Source: Candidatus Marinacidobacterales bacterium (GTDB lineage: Bacteria > Acidobacteriota > Vicinamibacteria > Marinacidobacterales > DATDRI01). From it: DNA of 64,000 nucleotides. The position numbers were made by a program, and so were the translations under genes. The notes beneath the pieces were generated by a model that did no database searches, was not told the origin of the DNA, and was given only the letters and a program-made list of their open reading frames with translations. Below are positions 59,919-64,000 of this stretch, one piece after another. Numbering within the stretch: the first letter of the stretch is position 1; each line of letters begins with the position of its first letter. Location of the stretch: the NCBI GenBank assembly GCA_965219415.1, contig CBDCNP010000002.1:1600001-1664000 (forward strand), read 5' to 3'.

Positions 59919-60515
59919 CTAGCCCTCTTTCTTGGACTTCTTCTTACTCGCCTTTTTCTTCCCGGCCTTGGAAGCGGCTTTCTTCTTCGGTGCGGCCTGC
60001 CGCTTGGCCCCTGCTTTCTTAGCCTTCTTGGAAGCGGCAGAAGCCTCTACTTCTTCTTCATGCTCTTCAGCGTCTTCGGGCTCGGGCTCGTCGACAACTT
60101 TAGGCTTCGCTTCGGCCTTTTCTTTCTTCGAAACGGGCTCCCTCTTCTGCGGCGCAAAGGCGAAGTCGACGAGCTCGATGTAGGCCATCGGAGCGCCATC
60201 CCCCTGGCGGGGGCCGAGCTTCAAGATGCGGGTGTAACCCCCGGGGCGATCGGCAAAACGCGCGGAGAGATCCCGGAACAGTTTGGCGACCGCTTCCTTG
60301 TGCACCATGATGCGAAGCGCCCGGCGACGGGCGTGAAGCGAGTCCTTCTTGCTGAGCGTGATGAGCCGCTCCGCAAAGGGCCGAAGCTCCTTGGCCTTGG
60401 CCAAGGTCGTCCGGATACGCTCGTGGATAAAGAGCGATGCAGTCAAATTGCGCAGCAGACTTATCCGGTGCTCGGTCGTTCGGCCTAATTTGCGGTGGGC
60501 TACTCGGTGTCTCAC
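59919..60515 (-). CDS. rplQ: 50S ribosomal protein L17 with C-terminal extension
   Basis: MRHR...[19 protein letters not shown]. Confidence 0.97.
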   Translation of the reverse strand: MRHRVAHRKLGRTTEHRISLLRNLTASLFIHERIRTTLAKAKELRPFAERLITLSKKDSLHARRRALRIMVHKEAVAKLFRDLSARFADRPGGYTRILKLGPRQGDGAPMAYIELVDFAFAPQKREPVSKKEKAEAKPKVVDEPEPEDAEEHEEEVEASAASKKAKKAGAKRQAAPKKKAASKAGKKKASKKKSKKEG

Positions 60516-61471
60516 TATTCCACTCTCATCCCCAGCGCAAGCCCCATCGTCGTGAGGATCTCTTTGATCTCATTGAGAGACTTTCGCCCGAAGTTCTTGG
60601 TCTTCAGCATCTCGGACTCGGACTTCTGTACGAGCTCGCCGATGGTCTGAATGTTCGCGTTCTTCAGGCAGTTGTAGGATCGGACCGAGAGCTCCAGCTC
60701 GTCGACGCTGCGGTTGAGGTTCTCGTTTAGCGTCTCGCGCTCGCGGTCGACCAACACCTCGTCAACCGGACCCTCCTCCTCGAAATTCACGAAGATCGTC
60801 AGATGATCCTTGAGAAGTTTCGCTGCGAGTCCGACAGCCTCCAGTGGTGTGACGCAACCATTCGACCACAAGTCGAGCGTCAACTTGTCATAGTCGGTCG
60901 CCTGCCCGACACGAGCGGCTTCGACGAGGAAGTTGACCTTCTTCACGGGCGAATGAACTGAGTCGATTGGGATGTATCCGATCGAAAGGTCCTCGTCGAA
61001 ATTCCTGTCGGCCGCCACGTAACCGCGCCCGTTCCTGAGGCGCATCTCCACGTTGAGCTTGGCGCCCGTGGCGAGATTCGCGATGTGAACCTCCGGATCC
61101 AGAACCTCGATATCGGAGTCCACTTCGATGTCCCCGGCCTTCACTAAACCCTCCCCCTGAGCCTTTAGATAGACCGTCTTGGGACCGGTGGTGTGGAGCT
61201 TGAAGGGAATCTGCTTGAGGTTCAGGACGATACCCGTTGCATCCTCCAAGGCGCCGGGAATGGGGGAGAACTCGTGGAGGACTCCCTCGATCTTGACTGC
61301 GGTAATTGCGGCGCCCTCGATCGACGACAAAAGAACGCGCCGGAGCGCGTTTCCAACGGTGGTGCCGAATCCCCGTTCGAATGGCTGTGCGTAGAATCGA
61401 CCGTATCTCTCGGTCAAGGTTTCGCGGTCTACTTCCAGCCGCTTGGGCTTTTGAAATCCCTTCCAGTGCAT
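60515..61471 (-). CDS. rpoA: RNA polymerase alpha subunit
   Basis: [40 protein letters not shown]. Confidence 0.98.
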   Translation of the reverse strand: MHWKGFQKPKRLEVDRETLTERYGRFYAQPFERGFGTTVGNALRRVLLSSIEGAAITAVKIEGVLHEFSPIPGALEDATGIVLNLKQIPFKLHTTGPKTVYLKAQGEGLVKAGDIEVDSDIEVLDPEVHIANLATGAKLNVEMRLRNGRGYVAADRNFDEDLSIGYIPIDSVHSPVKKVNFLVEAARVGQATDYDKLTLDLWSNGCVTPLEAVGLAAKLLKDHLTIFVNFEEEGPVDEVLVDRERETLNENLNRSVDELELSVRSYNCLKNANIQTIGELVQKSESEMLKTKNFGRKSLNEIKEILTTMGLALGMRVE

Positions 61472-61494
61472 CTTTTAAAACTCCTTCTGTAGGC

Positions 61495-62124
61495 CTACTT
61501 CGAGTAAAGCTCGACGACGAGCTGCTCTTGTACCGGCAGACCGACGTCCTCTCGCTTGGGGAGAGAGATGACCTTCCCAGACGTTTGATCCTCAGCGAGT
61601 TCAAGCCAAGGTGGCGTCCCTCGACTCTTTGCCGCCTCCAGCGACTGTTGGAATTGAGGGTTCTTGCTGTACTTCTGACTGACAGACATGACTTCACCCG
61701 GCCGCAGTATGTACGACGGGATGTTGACCCGGCGGTCACCCACCCGTACGTGCCCGTGGCGAACCAATAATCTGGCCTGAGCGCGAGAGCTGGCAAACCC
61801 TAGTCGATACACGGCGTTGTCGAGTCGACGCTCCAGTAACTGGAGAAGGGTTTCACCGGTAATACCACGTTGACGCTCGGCGCGCTCGAAATAGTTGCGG
61901 AACTGCTTCTCGAGCAAGCCGAAGATTCTCTTCACCTTCTGCTTTTCTCTGAGTTGCAGGCCGTAACCCTGTATTCTGGCCCGACGGCTCTTCCCGTGCT
62001 GACCGGGCGCAAAGTTGCGCTTCTCGATAGCGCACTTCTCCGTAAAACATCGCTCTCCCTTGAGGAAAAGCTTCGTGCCTTCCCGCCGGCAGAGCCTGCA
62101 AACTGGGCCTCGATACCTTGCCAA
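61495..62124 (-). CDS. rpsD: 30S ribosomal protein S4
   Basis: [25 protein letters not shown]. Confidence 0.98.
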   Translation of the reverse strand: MARYRGPVCRLCRREGTKLFLKGERCFTEKCAIEKRNFAPGQHGKSRRARIQGYGLQLREKQKVKRIFGLLEKQFRNYFERAERQRGITGETLLQLLERRLDNAVYRLGFASSRAQARLLVRHGHVRVGDRRVNIPSYILRPGEVMSVSQKYSKNPQFQQSLEAAKSRGTPPWLELAEDQTSGKVISLPKREDVGLPVQEQLVVELYSK

Positions 62125-62166
62125 GAGACTACCTCCGTATCCTCTCGTCGCACTGCTGCGACATCG

Positions 62167-62580
62167 CTAAACTCTCCGCCTCTTTGGAGGCCGACAACCG
62201 TTGTGAGGAATAGGCGTGACGTCGCGAATCGACCGCACTTCGATTCCCGCCGCCTGAAGTGCGCGAATCGCGGATTCGCGCCCCGATCCTGGGCCCTTGA
62301 CCCGCACGTCGAGCTGTTTGCAGCCGAGCGAGCGGGCGGCGCTGGCCGCGGATTGGGCCGCTTGCTGGGCGGCGAAGGGAGTACCCTTACGGGAACCTTT
62401 GAATCCCAAAGACCCCGCGCTCGACCAGCATACTAGATTCCCCTGTTGGTCCGTGATCGTAATCAGAGTGTTGTTGAAGCTCGCGCGGATATGGGCGACA
62501 CCCTGGTAGAGGGTTTTCTTTTCCTTCTTCTTGTACGCCTTGCGCTTGCCCTTTTTGTCTGTTTCTTTCTTCTTCGCCAT
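62167..62580 (-). CDS. rpsK: 30S ribosomal protein S11
   Basis: [31 protein letters not shown]. Confidence 0.98.
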   Translation of the reverse strand: MAKKKETDKKGKRKAYKKKEKKTLYQGVAHIRASFNNTLITITDQQGNLVCWSSAGSLGFKGSRKGTPFAAQQAAQSAASAARSLGCKQLDVRVKGPGSGRESAIRALQAAGIEVRSIRDVTPIPHNGCRPPKRRRV

Positions 62581-62585
62581 GCAAT

Positions 62586-62966
62586 TTACCTCGGCCTCGT
62601 CGGTGTCCTTCTCATCGTGCCCTTGCGAGGCCCTCTCCGGGTCCTGGCGTTGGTGTGAGTCCGCTGCCCGCGACAGGGGAGGCTGCGACGATGCCGGAAG
62701 CCCCGGTAGGAACCAATGTCCATGAGCCGCTTGATGTTCATTGAGATCTCCTGGCGCAGATCTCCTTCCACCCCACCGGCGGCGTCGATTGCTTTTCCGA
62801 TCCGGCTCACCTCCTCCTCGGAGAGATCCTGGACCCGGATGTCGGCACCGATGCCCACCTCATCCAGAATTCGCTTCGCCCTGACCGACCCAATACCATA
62901 GATGTAGGTAAGTCCGACCTCGATGCGTTTGTTGCGTGGTAAGTCCACGCCGGCGATTCGTGCCAC
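62586..62966 (-). CDS. rpsM: 30S ribosomal protein S13
   Basis: [26 protein letters not shown]. Confidence 0.98.
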   Translation of the reverse strand: MARIAGVDLPRNKRIEVGLTYIYGIGSVRAKRILDEVGIGADIRVQDLSEEEVSRIGKAIDAAGGVEGDLRQEISMNIKRLMDIGSYRGFRHRRSLPCRGQRTHTNARTRRGPRKGTMRRTPTRPR

Positions 62967-62978
62967 GATTCTCTTCTC

Positions 62979-63092
62979 CTATCCCTGACGCTGTTTGTGC
63001 TTGGGATTGGGGCAAAGAACGCGCACCACTCCCCGGCGCCGAATGACCTTGCATTTGTCGCACATGCGCTTGACCGATGCTCTAACTTTCAT
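62979..63092 (-). CDS. rpmJ: 50S ribosomal protein L36 (not in the ORF track)
   Basis: Translated by hand: [37 protein letters not shown]. Confidence 0.97.
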   Translation of the reverse strand: MKVRASVKRMCDKCKVIRRRGVVRVLCPNPKHKQRQG

Positions 63093-63100
63093 TTCCGTTC

Positions 63101-63319
63101 CTACTTGTACCGATAAACGATTCTGCCGCGGGTGAGGTCATAGGGAGAAAGCTCCACCAAAACCTTGTCCCCCGGTAAAATCCGAATGAAATGTCGTCTC
63201 ATCTTGCCCGAGACGTGAGCCAGCACTTTGTGCTTGTTCTCGAGCTCTACTTTGAACATAGCGTTAGGGAGCGGTTCCAGCACCGTGGCCACGACCTCGA
63301 TCGCGTCCTCTTTAGACAC
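63101..63319 (-). CDS. infA: Translation initiation factor IF-1
   Basis: [28 protein letters not shown]; GTG start after GGAGG. Confidence 0.97.
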   Translation of the reverse strand: MSKEDAIEVVATVLEPLPNAMFKVELENKHKVLAHVSGKMRRHFIRILPGDKVLVELSPYDLTRGRIVYRYK

Positions 63320-64000
63320 CGTTACCACCTCCCGGATTGGGCCCACTCAAGACCCACGGGCCATTGTCGGTAACGGCCACCGATCGCTCGAAGTGAGCCG
63401 AATAGCTGCCGTCCATCGTCACCACCGTCCAATTGTCCGACAGCGTCTTCACGAAGTGCGCCCCTACGTTGACCATCGGCTCGATCGCCAGGGCCATACC
63501 CGGGAGCAACCGCGGCCCTTTTCCAGGCTCTCCGTAATTAGGCACCTGCGGATCCTCATGGAGCGCGGTTCCGATTCCATGACCGACGAAATCCCGTACC
63601 ACCGAGAACCCTTGGTTCTCGACGTAACTTTGGACTGCGTGGCCGATGTCGGAGATCCGGTTGCCGACCCGCATGGCTTCGATACCCTTGTAAAGCGCGG
63701 CCTCCGTGACCTCGAGAAGCTTCCGTAGGGACTCCGAAACCTTTCCCACCGCGACGGTCACCGCGCCATCCCCGTAGAGACCGTCTACTATAGTGCCCAA
63801 ATCCAGGCTTACCAAATCGCCGTCTTTGATCACTCGTTCCGGCGAGGGAATGCCATGCACGACCTCGTCATTTATCGAGACACACAACGTCGCGGGGAAG
63901 CCGCGATAACCCTTGAAGGCCGGCTCGGCGCCCGCCTTACGGATGCTCTTTTCCGCCTGGCGATCCAAATCTTCCGTGGTAATGCCCGGCTCCAACGACT
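63312..64000 (-). CDS. map: Methionine aminopeptidase (5' end outside the window)
   Basis: [31 protein letters not shown]. Confidence 0.96.
   Translation of the reverse strand, partial: SLEPGITTEDLDRQAEKSIRKAGAEPAFKGYRGFPATLCVSINDEVVHGIPSPERVIKDGDLVSLDLGTIVDGLYGDGAVTVAVGKVSESLRKLLEVTEAALYKGIEAMRVGNRISDIGHAVQSYVENQGFSVVRDFVGHGIGTALHEDPQVPNYGEPGKGPRLLPGMALAIEPMVNVGAHFVKTLSDNWTVVTMDGSYSAHFERSVAVTDNGPWVLSGPNPGGGNGV

Noticed and set aside
1953-61796. Long antisense or alternate-frame ORFs (e.g. 1953-2912, 7052-8038, 24318-25343, 46364-47254, 60888-61796)
   Set aside because: Shadows of recognisable genes, expected at high GC; no motifs.

Overview
GC-rich bacterial chromosomal window. Gene content and the GGGGTGGGGCCCC-type intergenic repeats suggest Acidobacteriota, possibly Vicinamibacteria-like; this is an inference, not a database match. 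It carries two near-identical copies of an IS3-family element (one complete, with a 3-bp TGC target duplication) and a 2-oxoacid dehydrogenase E1a/E1b/E2 operon followed by a fic cassette flanked by a synonymously recoded duplicate of the E2 3' end. Other content: two decayed TPR/kinase paralogs, a SorAB-like sulfite oxidase pair, purine deaminases, various metabolic genes, an orphan pilMNOP-like set, an EF-G paralog with a structured upstream RNA, and the map-infA-rpmJ-rpsMKD-rpoA-rplQ block. About ten accessory genes are broken while housekeeping genes are intact. Best candidates for something new: (1) a DUF2064 / flavoprotein / radical SAM / atypical metallophosphoesterase / ArsM / PiT operon that looks like an uncharacterised organoarsenic pathway; its first gene ends in a RAPP ribosome-arrest-like motif whose codons are complementary to the next gene's Shine-Dalgarno; (2) the integrase-free fic cassette; (3) a ~115-nt 6S-like or leader RNA; (4) a dispersed ~50-bp bipartite repeat family. 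No rRNA, tRNA or CRISPR array was recognised.
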